Positions 20,162 to 30,825 are shown, numbered from the stretch's first letter. The stretch: DNA of 64,000 nt from an uncultured bacterium (GCA_943787795.1 CALSNU010000001.1:160001-224000), one strand, 5' to 3'. Notes: a model not told the origin generated them from the letters alone. Numbers and translations are program-made.

Positions 20162-22402
20162 ATGAGCACCAACCGCGTCGCAGTGGTGGAGGCGAATCTT
20201 GACGCCTACCTTGAGTCGGCAGAGCCAGCCCCGACGCCGCTCGACCCTGGCGACCCGCTGCGTGTGGGGACGACCCTCACTGCCCGGGTCGCGGTACAGC
20301 TCTGGGAGGACCAGGTCCTCTCGCGATGCCTGGACGTCGCGGCGCGTGAGCTCAAGCGCGACGGGGAGGGGTTCTACACCATCAGCAGCGCCGGGCATGA
20401 GCAGAACGCCATTGTCGGCGCCCAGCTGCGGACCAGCGATCCCACCTTCCTCCACTATCGCTCCGGCGCCTTCATGGCCTCGCGGCTCCGCCAGGTGGAC
20501 GATGGCACGCCGCTCTTCGACACGCTGCTCAGCTTCTGCGCCGCCAAGGACGACCCCGTGTCCTCCGGGCGCCACAAGGTCTGGGGCTCGAAGGAGACCT
20601 GGGTCCCGCCGCAGACCAGCACGATCGCGAGCCACGTGCCCAAGGCGGTGGGGGCAGCCTACTCGCTCCGGCGCGCGGCCAAGCTCGGCATCGAGACAGG
20701 GCTTCCCGAGGACGCGATCACCTGCTGCACCTTCGGCGACGCCAGCGTGAATCACGCCACGGCGCTCTCGGGGATCAACTCTGCCCGTTACGCGTGGCGA
20801 CGAATGAACCCGACCCCCGTCCTGTTCGTCTGCGAGGACAACCAGCGCGGGATCAGCGTGGAGACGCCGAGGCGGTGGATCAGGGACTTCTTCTCGAGGC
20901 TCGAGCACCTGCGGTACTTTGAGGCCTCGGGGGAGCTCGAGGAGATGTGGGACACCGTTTCCCTGGCGATTCAGACCTGCCGGACGACCCGGCAGCCGAC
21001 GTTCCTGCGCCTGCGCTGTCACCGGCTCTGGGGGCACGCGGGGAGCGACGTCCAGTCCGCCTACATGTCGCAGGCGGAGATCGAGGAGGCCGAGGCCCGA
21101 GATCCTGTGCTCACCAACGCACGGCGATTGGTGGAGTGCGGTGCTGCGACCCCGGAGCAGCTCCAGGAGATCCTCCGCACGACCCGAGATCGGGTGCGGG
21201 CGGGTTCCGAGGAGGCCCGCCGCCGGCCGCGCCTCACCAGCGCCGCGGAGGTGATCGAGCCCCTCGCGCCGGAGGACCCTGAGCTCTGGCGAGCGGCGGC
21301 CACGGCTGCGATTCCCGAAGAGGATCGCGCTGCGGTCTTTGGTGCCCGCCTCCCCGAGCAGGCCAAGGCGCCGACGCGGCGGACCATGGGCGCGCGGATC
21401 AACGACGCGCTGCACGACGAGATGATCCGCCGCAAGGGCATGATCTGCTTCGGCGAGGACGTCGGGCGCAAGGGCGGGGTGTACGGCATCACCCAGAACC
21501 TCCAGACGCAGTTCGGACGCTCACGCTGCTTTGACACGCTGCTGGACGAGACCACGATCCTCGGCGTGGCGCAGGGTGCCGCGCTGGTCGGGCTGCTCCC
21601 GGTGCCGGAGATCCCTTACCTCGCTTACCTCCACAACGCGATCGACCAGATCCGGGGCGAGGCCTGTTCGCTGCAGTTCTTCAGCGACAAGCAGTTCGCC
21701 AACCCCATGGTCGTGCGGATCGCGGGGCTCGCGTACCAGCGCGGCTTCGGCGGCCACTTCCACAACGACAACTCCATCGGCGCCCTTCGGGAGATCCCCG
21801 GGCTCACGATCGCCTGCCCGTCCAACGGCGCCGACGCGGTGCGGATGCTGCGCGGGTCCCTCGCCATGGCGCAGGAGTCTGGCCGGGTCGTGGTGTTCCT
21901 CGAGCCCATCGCGCTCTACCACATGCGTGACCTCTATGAGGAGGGCGACGGGCTCTGGCTGAGCGACTATCCCGTTCCCGACGGGGCGGCCGACTCGGCC
22001 CTCTTGCCTGGCCAGGTCGGCATCGCGAATCCCGACCACAGCGACGCGCTCGTGGTCACGTACGCCAACGGCTATCGGCTCGCGCTACGGGCCGCGCGCC
22101 AACTGGAGCAGCAGGGCATCAAGGCGCGCATCATGGACGTCCGCTGGCTGAACCCTCTGCCGATGGATGAGATCATGCGCCACGCCGAGGACTGCGGGGC
22201 CGTTCTGGTCGCGGACGAGTGCCGAGCGACTGGCGCGGGGATCGCAGACGCGGTCATCAGCGGCCTCGTGGAGCGTGGCTACTCTGGCCGGATGCGAACC
22301 GCCCGGAGCGCTGACACCTACATTCCTCTCGGACCCGCCGCAGATGTGGTCTTGCTCTCCGAGGCGGACATTCTCGCAGGCGTCAAGGAGGTGGCCTCGT
22401 GA
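20162..22402 (+). CDS. Thiamine-diphosphate-dependent 2-oxoacid dehydrogenase E1, fused alpha+beta
   Basis: SSAGHEQ, ThDP motif GDAS...N...EDN, GHAGSD, GEDVGRKGGVYG, FDTLLDETTILG, FGGHFHN. Confidence 0.9.
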   Translation: MSTNRVAVVEANLDAYLESAEPAPTPLDPGDPLRVGTTLTARVAVQLWEDQVLSRCLDVAARELKRDGEGFYTISSAGHEQNAIVGAQLRTSDPTFLHYRSGAFMASRLRQVDDGTPLFDTLLSFCAAKDDPVSSGRHKVWGSKETWVPPQTSTIASHVPKAVGAAYSLRRAAKLGIETGLPEDAITCCTFGDASVNHATALSGINSARYAWRRMNPTPVLFVCEDNQRGISVETPRRWIRDFFSRLEHLRYFEASGELEEMWDTVSLAIQTCRTTRQPTFLRLRCHRLWGHAGSDVQSAYMSQAEIEEAEARDPVLTNARRLVECGAATPEQLQEILRTTRDRVRAGSEEARRRPRLTSAAEVIEPLAPEDPELWRAAATAAIPEEDRAAVFGARLPEQAKAPTRRTMGARINDALHDEMIRRKGMICFGEDVGRKGGVYGITQNLQTQFGRSRCFDTLLDETTILGVAQGAALVGLLPVPEIPYLAYLHNAIDQIRGEACSLQFFSDKQFANPMVVRIAGLAYQRGFGGHFHNDNSIGALREIPGLTIACPSNGADAVRMLRGSLAMAQESGRVVVFLEPIALYHMRDLYEEGDGLWLSDYPVPDGAADSALLPGQVGIANPDHSDALVVTYANGYRLALRAARQLEQQGIKARIMDVRWLNPLPMDEIMRHAEDCGAVLVADECRATGAGIADAVISGLVERGYSGRMRTARSADTYIPLGPAADVVLLSEADILAGVKEVAS

Positions 22403-23397
22403 GCCGCGCCGTCATCCTGTGCCCCGGTCGCGGTTCCTACACCGAGGCTTCCCTCGGGTCCCTGGACCCCGATCATGAGTTCGTGCGGATCGCAGAGCAG
22501 TGCCGCGGTGAGCTCGGCCTCGAGCCGCTGCTGTCGCTCGACCGAGCTGAGCGCTTCGAGCCTGCGCGTCACCTGCGCCCTGCGCACGTGTCACCTCTGA
22601 TCCTGGTCAAGGCCATGATCGACGCGACCGAGGCGAGCCAGAGGCACGAGGTGGTCGCGGCGGGAGGCAACTCCCTGGGGTGGTACATCGCGCTCTGCCT
22701 CGCGGGCTGCGTCTCCTTTGAGGAGGGCTTCCGGCTGGTGCAACGCATGTCTCTGCTGCAAGAGGAGTTTGCTGACGGTGGTCAGGTTCTCTACCCGCGG
22801 GTCGATGAGGATTGGCGCCCCTCGGTCGAGCTGGAGGCTGCGATCGAGGCCTCGCTTGTGGCGTCTGGCGGCGAGGCCATGCGCTCCATCGAGCTGGGTG
22901 GTTTCGCCGTACTGGCGGGGTCAGCGGCGGGCGTGAAGCACCTCCTCTCCGGCATGCCCAAGGTCAGGTTTGGCGCCGCGACCTATCCGATCCGCCTGGC
23001 CCAGCACGGCCCGTACCACACCCACCTCGCCGCTCCGGTGGCCCGGGCGGCGGCCCAGGACTTCAGGGACCTCCGGATGCGTGCCCCGAGCATCTCGCTG
23101 ATCGACGGGCGAGGGCGGCGCCACTCCCCGTGGTCGGCGGACCTAGATGAGTTGAAGGAATACACCTTCGGCCACCAGGTCAGCGAGCCCTTCGACTTCT
23201 CCGCAACGGTGCGGGTCGCCCTGCGGGAGTTTGCCCCTGAGACCATCATCTTGCCGGGCCCCGGGAACACACTGGGCGGCATCGTCGGCCAGGTGCTCGT
23301 CTCCGAGGGGTGGCGTGGGGTCCGGTCCAAGGACGATTTCCTCGCCCTCCAGGCGGCGGAACCTCCCTTCGTGGAGAGCATGGGCCTCGGCCGTTAG
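22399..23397 (+). CDS. ACP S-malonyltransferase (FabD)-like acyltransferase
   Basis: CPGRGSY, nucleophile motif GNSLG, HGPYHT, GPGNTLGG; overlaps the E1 stop (GTGA). Confidence 0.8.
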   Translation: MSRAVILCPGRGSYTEASLGSLDPDHEFVRIAEQCRGELGLEPLLSLDRAERFEPARHLRPAHVSPLILVKAMIDATEASQRHEVVAAGGNSLGWYIALCLAGCVSFEEGFRLVQRMSLLQEEFADGGQVLYPRVDEDWRPSVELEAAIEASLVASGGEAMRSIELGGFAVLAGSAAGVKHLLSGMPKVRFGAATYPIRLAQHGPYHTHLAAPVARAAAQDFRDLRMRAPSISLIDGRGRRHSPWSADLDELKEYTFGHQVSEPFDFSATVRVALREFAPETIILPGPGNTLGGIVGQVLVSEGWRGVRSKDDFLALQAAEPPFVESMGLGR

Positions 23398-23582
23398 CTG
23401 GGCTCGGCGGACTTCGGGCCCTCCAGGTCCGCCATCTGCTGCTCGATATCGGCGGCTTCCCGAGTCTTCTCGGCGAAGCCCTTGATGTCCCCACGGCGCT
23501 GCAGTTCCACGGCCTGCGCCATGAGCCCCTCGTATTCGCGGCGGAGCTTGGCCGCCGGGTCCCGCTTCTTGAATCCGAACAT
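23394..23582 (-). CDS. Small helical protein (DUF6435-like)
   Basis: MFGFKKRDPAAKLRREYEGLMAQAVELQRRGDI... Confidence 0.65.
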   Translation of the reverse strand: MFGFKKRDPAAKLRREYEGLMAQAVELQRRGDIKGFAEKTREAADIEQQMADLEGPKSAEPS

Positions 23583-23794
23583 GCCCCTGTCTTCGTTCAC
23601 GGCGCCGGCGGGGATGAGCCTGCCGACCCAGATCTGCGCGGGGCTCACGACGGCGCTGGGTCGAACAGGTATCGCCTCCCGGGGTGTCTCAAAAGGGGTG
23701 GAGGGCAGGGGATTCCCCATGGCCGAGGTCTGGCCTTCCATCTCTCATTACGCTGGACCGCTCGACCTCTCCACTCTCATCAACCCATCGAACG

Positions 23795-25591
23795 ATGCTC
23801 CTTCGTACAACTCTCGTCGCCCTCGCGATGGCTCCGCTTGCCGGGGCCCAGACGACCTTTCAGGTTCCCCTGAACTACAACTTCAACGGCATTGTGCACG
23901 TCGGAGAGTCTGGACTCCCTGATGCCCTGAACGGATATCGCTCCATCTCGGACCGCGGGCTGGACTTCTCAGCGGGGATTCCCGGTGACCCGCTCCTCGC
24001 GGGCTACACGCTCGTGAACACAGCGGGCGCCCTCGACATCGTCCACCTCGGGAACCGCAACACGGTGTCTGGTGGTGTCTGGGCCTTCCAGGCGACCGCC
24101 AATGGCGATGGCATCGGTGTCCAGCCGACCTGGCTCACGACTGTGGACCAGTCCACGCCTCAAACGACAACGCTGGCCACGCCCATCTTGATGGAGGCCA
24201 CCTCGACGGCTTCGTTCCTGATGCAGGTCAGTGACGGGGGCGGCACGTGTGACGTGCTGTTTGGGTTCCAGAGCGGCGCGACGACGGTCGGCCAGATTGG
24301 CGCCGGCGACTGGTTCGGCGGGGTCTTCCCCGGGACGGACTTCGTGGACCAGGCCAACGCCGCGGTCAATCTCTCCATCACGGAAGCCACCGTCAACCTG
24401 AGCGGCTTCGCCGGTGAACAGCTGACCTCGATCACCTTCCAGAACGCCGGAAACCAGAACGCGGGCTACGCCATCCTCGCGGCCAACGTGGTCGTCGACT
24501 CGCGCATCGTCGTCGAGAACCCGGTTCCCCTGAACTACAACTACAACGGCATCGTCCACGACACCGAGGGCAGCGCCCCGGACGACCTGAACGGCTACCG
24601 CTCCATCTCGGACCGCGGCCTGAACTTCTCCAACGGCATCCCGGCGGAGCCGCTCCTCGAGGGCTACTCGATCGTCGACACTGCCGGTGAGCTTGACATC
24701 GTCTACCTTGGGGACCGTAACACGGTCGCTGGCGGCAACTTCGCGTGGCAGCCGACGGCGAACGGCGACGACGTCGGCGTGCAGCCGACCTGGCTGCCCA
24801 ACTCGGACCAGACCGGCCCGCAGACGACCATGCTCGCAGCGCCGATCGAGGTCGCGGCCTCTTCTGAGGCGCGCTTCCTCTACCAGATCAGCGACGGCGG
24901 CGGTTCGTTCGACGTGACCTTCGGGTTCCAGAGCGGCGCGACCGGAACAGGGACCCTCAGTGGCGGCGATTGGTTCGGCGGCACCTTCCTGGGTACGGAT
25001 CGGGTGGACTTCGGATCGCCTGGCGCCAACCTGAGCATCACCGAAGGCACGCTCGACCTCTCGGCGGCGGCGGGTCAGATTCTGACCTCGATCACCTTCA
25101 GCAACCGTTCCAACGCGGGCGCTGGGTACGCGATCATCGCGTGCAACGTGACAACCTTCTCCCTCGGCTCGAACTACTGCTCGCCCGCCGTTGTGAACTC
25201 CACGGGTAACCCGGGTTCGATCTCGGCGGAGGGTAGCCCCTCCGTGGCCGCGAACAACGTGACCCTGACGGTCAGCGACCTCCCGGCGAACGCGTTCGGC
25301 TTCTTCCTGACCAGTGAGACCACAGCCAACGTCGCCAACCCGGGTGGTAGCCAGGGCAACCTCTGCCTCGGCGGCGCCATCGGGCGCTTCGTGGGCCCGG
25401 GCCAGATCAAGAACTCCGGGACGGGGGGGACGTTCAGCCTCACGCTGGACCTGACCCAGCAGCCCTCTCCCACGGGCTTCATCTCGATCCAGCCCGGCGA
25501 GTCCTGGAACTTCCAGGCCTGGCACCGGGACGCGGTGGGCGGCACCGTGACGTCGAACTTCACCGACGGCCTCACGATCTCCTTCCTCTGA
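23795..25591 (+). CDS. Secreted protein with a duplicated ~220-aa domain and the lineage-type C-terminal domain
   Basis: Signal peptide; VPLNYN.NGIVH at 23864 and 24524 (660-bp period); C-terminal YCSPAVVNSTG...NLCLGG...WNFQAWHRD. Confidence 0.8.
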   Translation: MLLRTTLVALAMAPLAGAQTTFQVPLNYNFNGIVHVGESGLPDALNGYRSISDRGLDFSAGIPGDPLLAGYTLVNTAGALDIVHLGNRNTVSGGVWAFQATANGDGIGVQPTWLTTVDQSTPQTTTLATPILMEATSTASFLMQVSDGGGTCDVLFGFQSGATTVGQIGAGDWFGGVFPGTDFVDQANAAVNLSITEATVNLSGFAGEQLTSITFQNAGNQNAGYAILAANVVVDSRIVVENPVPLNYNYNGIVHDTEGSAPDDLNGYRSISDRGLNFSNGIPAEPLLEGYSIVDTAGELDIVYLGDRNTVAGGNFAWQPTANGDDVGVQPTWLPNSDQTGPQTTMLAAPIEVAASSEARFLYQISDGGGSFDVTFGFQSGATGTGTLSGGDWFGGTFLGTDRVDFGSPGANLSITEGTLDLSAAAGQILTSITFSNRSNAGAGYAIIACNVTTFSLGSNYCSPAVVNSTGNPGSISAEGSPSVAANNVTLTVSDLPANAFGFFLTSETTANVANPGGSQGNLCLGGAIGRFVGPGQIKNSGTGGTFSLTLDLTQQPSPTGFISIQPGESWNFQAWHRDAVGGTVTSNFTDGLTISFL

Positions 25592-25631
25592 TCTGACGCC
25601 CCGGACCGCGCCGTGAAGGACGCGGTCACAT

Positions 25632-25666
25632 ACGCGCCCGCTGCTCGACTCGAGCAGCGGGCGCGT
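25632..25666. terminator. Hairpin between convergent genes (probable bidirectional terminator)
   Basis: acgcgcccgctgctcg-act-cgagcagcgggcgcgt, 16-bp perfect stem. Confidence 0.7.
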
Positions 25667-25668
25667 CC

Positions 25669-26676
25669 TTATTGGTCGGCGGTCGCTGCGGACCAGGCGC
25701 CGCCGAAGGAGCGGACCACCTCGGCGGCGGTGACCACCTCGTCGATGGAGCCGGCGCTCTTGCCGGCCTGCCACACGTCCTTGTAGGTGACGCCCTTCTT
25801 GATCGTCTGCTTCAGCTCGCGGAGGGAGCGCAGGGCATAGAAGGTGCGCATCCAGTGCTTGGTGCGGCGGCCCTTGAGGAGCCTCCGCGCGATGGGGCCC
25901 GCCTTGGTGCCGACCCGCTGCACCAGCGGCGTGTTGATGACGGCGACCGGGACGCCGGAGAGGCGCTCGGTGAGCACGATGTCCCCTTCGCCCGCGTCGA
26001 TGATGGCCTCCCAGTAGTCGGGGTGGACCTCGCATTCCTCGGTGGCGATGAAGCGAGTGCCCATCTGCACGGCTCCGTAGCCGAGGTTGAGCAACCGAAC
26101 GTAGCCCTCGGGATCGCCGACGCCCCCGGCCGCGACCAGGGGAAGCCCGAGATCACCGCACTCGTCGATGAGCGCCTCGGGGGAGAGGGTGCCCGCGTGC
26201 CCACCGGCGCGGTCATTGACGCAGATGAGTCCGTCCACGCCGGCGTCTCTGGCCTTCTCGGCCCACTTGCGGGCGGTCACGTCGTGGAACACCGTGCCGC
26301 CGGCGGCGTGGACCTTCTCACACACCCAGCGCGGGTTGCCCAGCGCCGTCACGAAGAACCGGACGCCCTCCTCGAGGGCCTCGTCGATCCAGCGCCGCAT
26401 GCGGTTCTCGTAGGCCTTCGCGGACTTCTCGATGATGGCGTTGAAGCCCACGGGTCGGCCGCCCGATAGGCGCTGGATCTCCCGCAGGCCCTCGCGGAAG
26501 TCGCGGCCGTGCACGTAGATGAGCGAGAGCGGCTGGACGATGGCCATGGCCCCCGCGGCGGCGACGGCGCCCACCAGCTCGGGGTTGCTGCAGGGGTACA
26601 TGGCCCCGCAGATGAGGGGGACCTCGGCGCCGGTCAGGGCGCAGAACTCTTCGGTGGGGGAGGCGCTGTTGCTCAT
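25669..26676 (-). CDS. Nitronate monooxygenase / FabK-like flavin oxidoreductase
   Basis: GAMYPCSNPELV, RAGGHAG, AAGGVGD, VQMGTRFIATEEC, WQAGKS; ATG at 26676. Confidence 0.85.
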   Translation of the reverse strand: MSNSASPTEEFCALTGAEVPLICGAMYPCSNPELVGAVAAAGAMAIVQPLSLIYVHGRDFREGLREIQRLSGGRPVGFNAIIEKSAKAYENRMRRWIDEALEEGVRFFVTALGNPRWVCEKVHAAGGTVFHDVTARKWAEKARDAGVDGLICVNDRAGGHAGTLSPEALIDECGDLGLPLVAAGGVGDPEGYVRLLNLGYGAVQMGTRFIATEECEVHPDYWEAIIDAGEGDIVLTERLSGVPVAVINTPLVQRVGTKAGPIARRLLKGRRTKHWMRTFYALRSLRELKQTIKKGVTYKDVWQAGKSAGSIDEVVTAAEVVRSFGGAWSAATADQ

Positions 26677-27140
26677 GACTTCACGGGGCCGATGCGCCAG
26701 GTGGCGATGACCACGGCGACGACGTCGCCGTCTCGGTCGGTGATCGGGGCGAGCACGTCGAGCTCTCGGGACTCGGAGGTGTCGGGGACCTGGCACTCGC
26801 AGGAGGCGGTCAGCAGGCCGCGGGCCTTCTTGCGATACTCGATCCTCAGGCCAGTGACGATACCTCGCGCGCCCTCCGGGAGCCCGGCCAGAAGCGCGAG
26901 GCCGCTCGCGACCTCGCCCAGGTTGACGAGGGCGATGGCGTGCACGGACCGCAGGTGGTTGCGCACGCGGCGTCGGTCCTTCATGGCGACGCGGGCGCGG
27001 CCGGGGGCGAGGTCGAGCACGATCGGGCGGATGGAGCCCGTGTACGGCACCGCGCGCCCGAGCAGGAGGCTGAAGAGCGCCCGACCGAAGGGCCACCGCT
27101 GGGCGCTCTCCCAGCGGGCGAGGAGCTGCTTGCCGATCAT
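26673..27140 (-). CDS. Hotdog-fold thioesterase-like protein (DUF4442-like)
   Basis: VPYTGSIRP, VRNHLRSVHAIALVNLGE, IEYRKKARG; coupled to the downstream gene. Confidence 0.8.
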   Translation of the reverse strand: MIGKQLLARWESAQRWPFGRALFSLLLGRAVPYTGSIRPIVLDLAPGRARVAMKDRRRVRNHLRSVHAIALVNLGEVASGLALLAGLPEGARGIVTGLRIEYRKKARGLLTASCECQVPDTSESRELDVLAPITDRDGDVVAVVIATWRIGPVKS

Positions 27141-27202
27141 GGATCGAGCTTAGCGGCGCGAGGGGGGGCGCTTCCAAGGGCGCCCACGATCTCCGGTGCG
27201 GT

Positions 27203-29483
27203 TCAGCGGAGCGGCACGAGCCGGACGGCGCGGAGCTTCATGAGCGGGCCCGCTTCACTCCGGTCGATCACCTCGACCCGCACGGCGCCGCCGTGGAGCC
27301 GGGCCTCGCCGACGCGGAGGTCCACGAAGCGATCCCAGCCGCCGGTGTCCGGGAGGACGCCTGCGAGCTCCACGCCATCGCCCACGCGGACGACCACCCG
27401 CCCGCCCTCGTCGCCGGTGTTGCAGGCCACCTCGAGCACCACCTCGAACCGGCCTCCCTCGGCGGGGTCCGCGCTCCACGCGACGCTCTCTCCGGCGCGG
27501 CGCCAGTAGCCAAGGGCGTCCAGCGCGGGCTCGTAGCGGACGGAGCGGCCGTGGACCCGGGCGGTCCTGGCGGGCAGGCGGACGGAGCCGTCCTCGAGGC
27601 TGGCGTGCTCCTCGAGGCGGCCGGCGCCGCGCCCCATGAGGGCCTTGAGCTCATCGAGGTGCTCGGCGTACACCGCGCGCGGGGAGCAGCCGTGCTCTTC
27701 GCAGAGCGAGGCCGCCATCCCGACGATCTCGCCCATGGCGCCGGTGGTCTTCATCACCCGCACGGCGCCGAGGGCCTCGTGGGTGACGCTGATGTCGCGG
27801 CCCGCCATGAAGAGGTTGCCGACGTTCCGGCTGTAGAGGCAGCGGTAGGGGACCCAGTAGGGGCCCTCGTACTCGTAGCCCTTGCCCCGGGTGTAGTCGG
27901 CGATGAACTCGTCCCCGTCGTGGCCCTCGGCGTAGCGGGTGTCCGGGTGGTGGGTGTCGATGCCCCAGGTGCAGGGGAAGCAGCCGTCCTCGAACTCGAC
28001 GCCGTCGCGCAGGTCCTCGCCCGTGAGGATCACGTCGCCCATGAGCCGCCGCGACTCGCGCTTGCCCGCGATGTAGGCCACCCAGTTCAGCCGGTGCGCG
28101 GGGTAGCGCTTCTCCACGTTCTTGATGGCGTCCCACGCGCCGTATGCCGCGCGGAAGTTCTGGTCCCGGATGCGCTCCATGTCCGCGATGGGGTCGCGGT
28201 CGAAGCCGTTCTCCCAGTACCAGTTGCCGATGCTGATGGGGGAGGCGCCCGGCTCGGGCTCGGTGGAGCCCCAGGTGCGTCCGGGGAACGGCCGCTCGCT
28301 GAGGTCCACGGCCCAGGGGCAGCGGGGGAACGTGGCCTCTTCGCAGGCGACGGCGAGCTCGGAGGAGAGGGGATCCTCGTCCTCGCACAGGCACTGGATG
28401 TTCCAGAGGTTGCTGGCGCCCATGTGACCGGTGTCGGTCTGCTCGAAGGAGGCGCCGGCCAGGTAGCCGAGGCTCCCGTCCCCGGTGGAGTCCAGGAACA
28501 GGTCCCCGAAGACCCGGGTTCGCCCTCCGAAGCGGACGTCCTCACAGATCACGCTGCGGATCGCCCCCTCCTTGACCTCGGCCCCGTTCATGCGGCGCCC
28601 GAGCATGAGCGTGACGTTCGCCTCGGCGCGCACCACCCGCAGCTTGCGGTCGTCGTCGAACACGTGGGCGCTCTGGGCGTTCTTCGAGTCGCTCCGCCGC
28701 ACGGGGATGAGCTCCATCACCACGTCGCCGATCCGGGGGTAGGGCTGCTGATTCACGTGTCCCTCGGGCCAGACCCGGACCTCGGAGCTCGAGTTGCCCC
28801 CGAGCACCGGGCGATCCTGGATCAGCGCGACCTTGAGCCCGAGCCGCGCCGCCGTCACCGCGGCGCTGGTCCCCGCCGTGCCACCGCCCACGACCACGAG
28901 GTCGAAGTGGCCGCCGGACACCGGCTCGGCGGGGATCCCGAGTCGCGCCCGCCGAAGCTCCTCCAGCTCCCCTCCGCCGTCGGGGGGCGTCCAGTCCTCG
29001 GCGGCGGGGGCCAGCAGGATCGCGTCGCAGCGTCCCTCGAACCCGGTGAGGTCGTGGAGCCCGAGGCGGACCCGTGTGCCGACCTCGACCACGCCGCCGT
29101 CCTGCCAGTGCCAGGGGTCGCCCTCGACCCCGAAGGTGGTCTCGAGCGGCGCCCCGTCCACGAGCACCTGGAAGCGTCCCGGCGCCCCGGGCGCACCCCA
29201 CGGCGCCACCCAGTCCCGGGTCCGCACCCACACCCGCATGGGGCCGGGGGCCGCGACCTCCACCTCGGTGGTCGCGTCGGCGACCGGCACCCCCATGCCG
29301 TGGGCGAGCAGGAACGGGGACCCCATGAGGTCCATGAACTGCTGGTCGAGCACCCACCCCCCCCAACTCATCGAAGGCCTCCGCCTCGACGAGCACCGCG
29401 TCCTCGCCGAGGCCTTGCGGGAGGGGCCTGGCGGTGATGATGGGGGGGCTGCCGAGAGCGATCGCGAGGAGCGTGAAGAGCAT
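27203..29483 (-). CDS. Secreted FAD-dependent oxidoreductase with C-terminal carbohydrate-binding-like domain; +1 frameshift in the G8 run at 29357-29364
   Basis: VVGGGTAG, DRPVLGGNSSSEVRV, GKRESRRL.GD, LFMAGRDISVTH.ALGAVRVM; signal peptide and LVEAEAFDELGG are one frame off from WVLDQQFMD. Confidence 0.8.
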
Positions 29484-29722
29484 GCCCGATCTTAGGGGCA
29501 TGCTCTCCGAGCGCTGGTCGGATCCAGCGGCTCCTCTCAAGCCCCCCGGGGAATGCACCCGGGAGGCCATGCGGCTGTTCCTTGGCGATCACCGGCTCGC
29601 GCCCTGCTCGATTCCGGCCTTCGACGCTCCGGTGGTAAAGCCTGTGCTCAATGGCCGGGGGCTGGGGGGGGGTAGTGGCCTGGGACGTCGTCCTTTGGAG
29701 GGCGGCTGCTAGACTTGGCGCC

Positions 29723-30724
29723 ATGAAGATTCTCGCCACCACCTCACTCGCCCTCGGGCTGGTCCTCGCCGCAAACGCGGCGCTGCCCGCCCAGAGCGAA
29801 GGCGTCGAGGTCGGCTCCACGCCGGCCTACGAGTTCCGCCAGCCGATCCTGAACGGCATGGGCGCCAAGAGCCTCGCCGACCTCAAGGGCAAGCCGACCC
29901 TCATCGACTTCTGGGGCACGCGCTGAGGCCCTTGCATTGGCTCCGCCGTGCCTGCGGGGCTCAAGATGTCAGAAGAGTACGGGGACGCCGTCAACGTCCT
30001 CTTCGTCGAGGTCCAGGGCGCTGACGCCGCCAAGGTCGAGCGCTTCGCCCTCGAGAAGAAGTGGCTGGGGACGAACGCCATGTGGACCACCGAGCGGCCG
30101 CTCAACGTGGGCCTGCGGGGGATCCCGAACTTCGCCCTGCTCGACTCGAGCGGCGAGGTGATCCTCAAGGGCTACTCGACCAAGCTGCACTCGCAGATCG
30201 AGGAGCTCGTGGCGGCCGAGGTGAAGGCGGCGTCCAAGGGTCCCAAGGACCTGCCGAAGTCGCTCAAGAAGGCGTACAAGGCCTTCCACAAGGGTGACCT
30301 CGCCAAGGGCATCGCCGAGGCGGACAAGGTCGCGGCCAAGGGCGGTGACGACGCCGACGCCGCGACCGCGCTCGCCGCCGACCTGCGCGAGCGCGCCAGT
30401 GGCAAGGTCGACCGGGTCCAGTGGATGGTCGACCACGGCTTCGTGATCGAGGCCGACGATCTCCTCGGCGACCTGAGGAAGGGGCTCTCCGGAGACGAGG
30501 CCCTCGAGGCGCGCGTGGAGGCGCTCCGCGCCACCCTCGACTCCAAGGAGATGAAGCCCGAGATGGAGGCCGCCAAGCTCTTCGCCAGGGCCGAGGCGAC
30601 GCTGTTCGACAAGGGCCTCAAGGCCAAGGGGATCGACCGCAAGCTCGCCAAGATCGCCGAGAAGTACCAGGGCACCCAGAGCGCCAAGCGCGCTCAGCAC
30701 CTGCTCGACCTGATGAAGGGCTGA
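29723..30724 (+). CDS. Secreted thioredoxin-fold (TlpA-like) selenoprotein, UxxC motif (Sec at TGA 29924-29926), helical C-terminal domain; 333 aa
   Basis: Signal peptide, SLADLKGKPTLIDFWGTR-TGA-GPC, reading on in frame to VNVLFVEVQG...GIPNFALLD; SECIS-like hairpin 3' of the TGA. Confidence 0.85.
29931..29965 (+). promoter_or_regulatory. Bacterial SECIS-like hairpin
   Basis: Stem gctccgc (29940-46) / gcggggc (29954-60), loop cgtgcct with G second, lower stem cttg/caag; starts just 3' of the in-frame TGA. Confidence 0.65.
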
Positions 30725-30825
30725 GCGACGGTGTGACGCCCGACCGGCCTGGGGCCCTGCGAGCAGCGATGCTCGTGGGGCCCCTGTCTGTTCCAAGCCG
30801 CTAGCCCGCGTGCCAGGGTCGACCC

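Noticed and set aside
29663..29672. Other long G runs (also near 379-388 and 31918-31927) as phase-variation sites
   Set aside because: Intergenic, no reading frame affected, and common in very GC-rich DNA
29651..29926. Separate 91-aa and 258-aa genes, or a pseudogene
   Set aside because: Same frame; the TGA falls at the redox Cys position with a SECIS-like hairpin, so one selenoprotein explains it better
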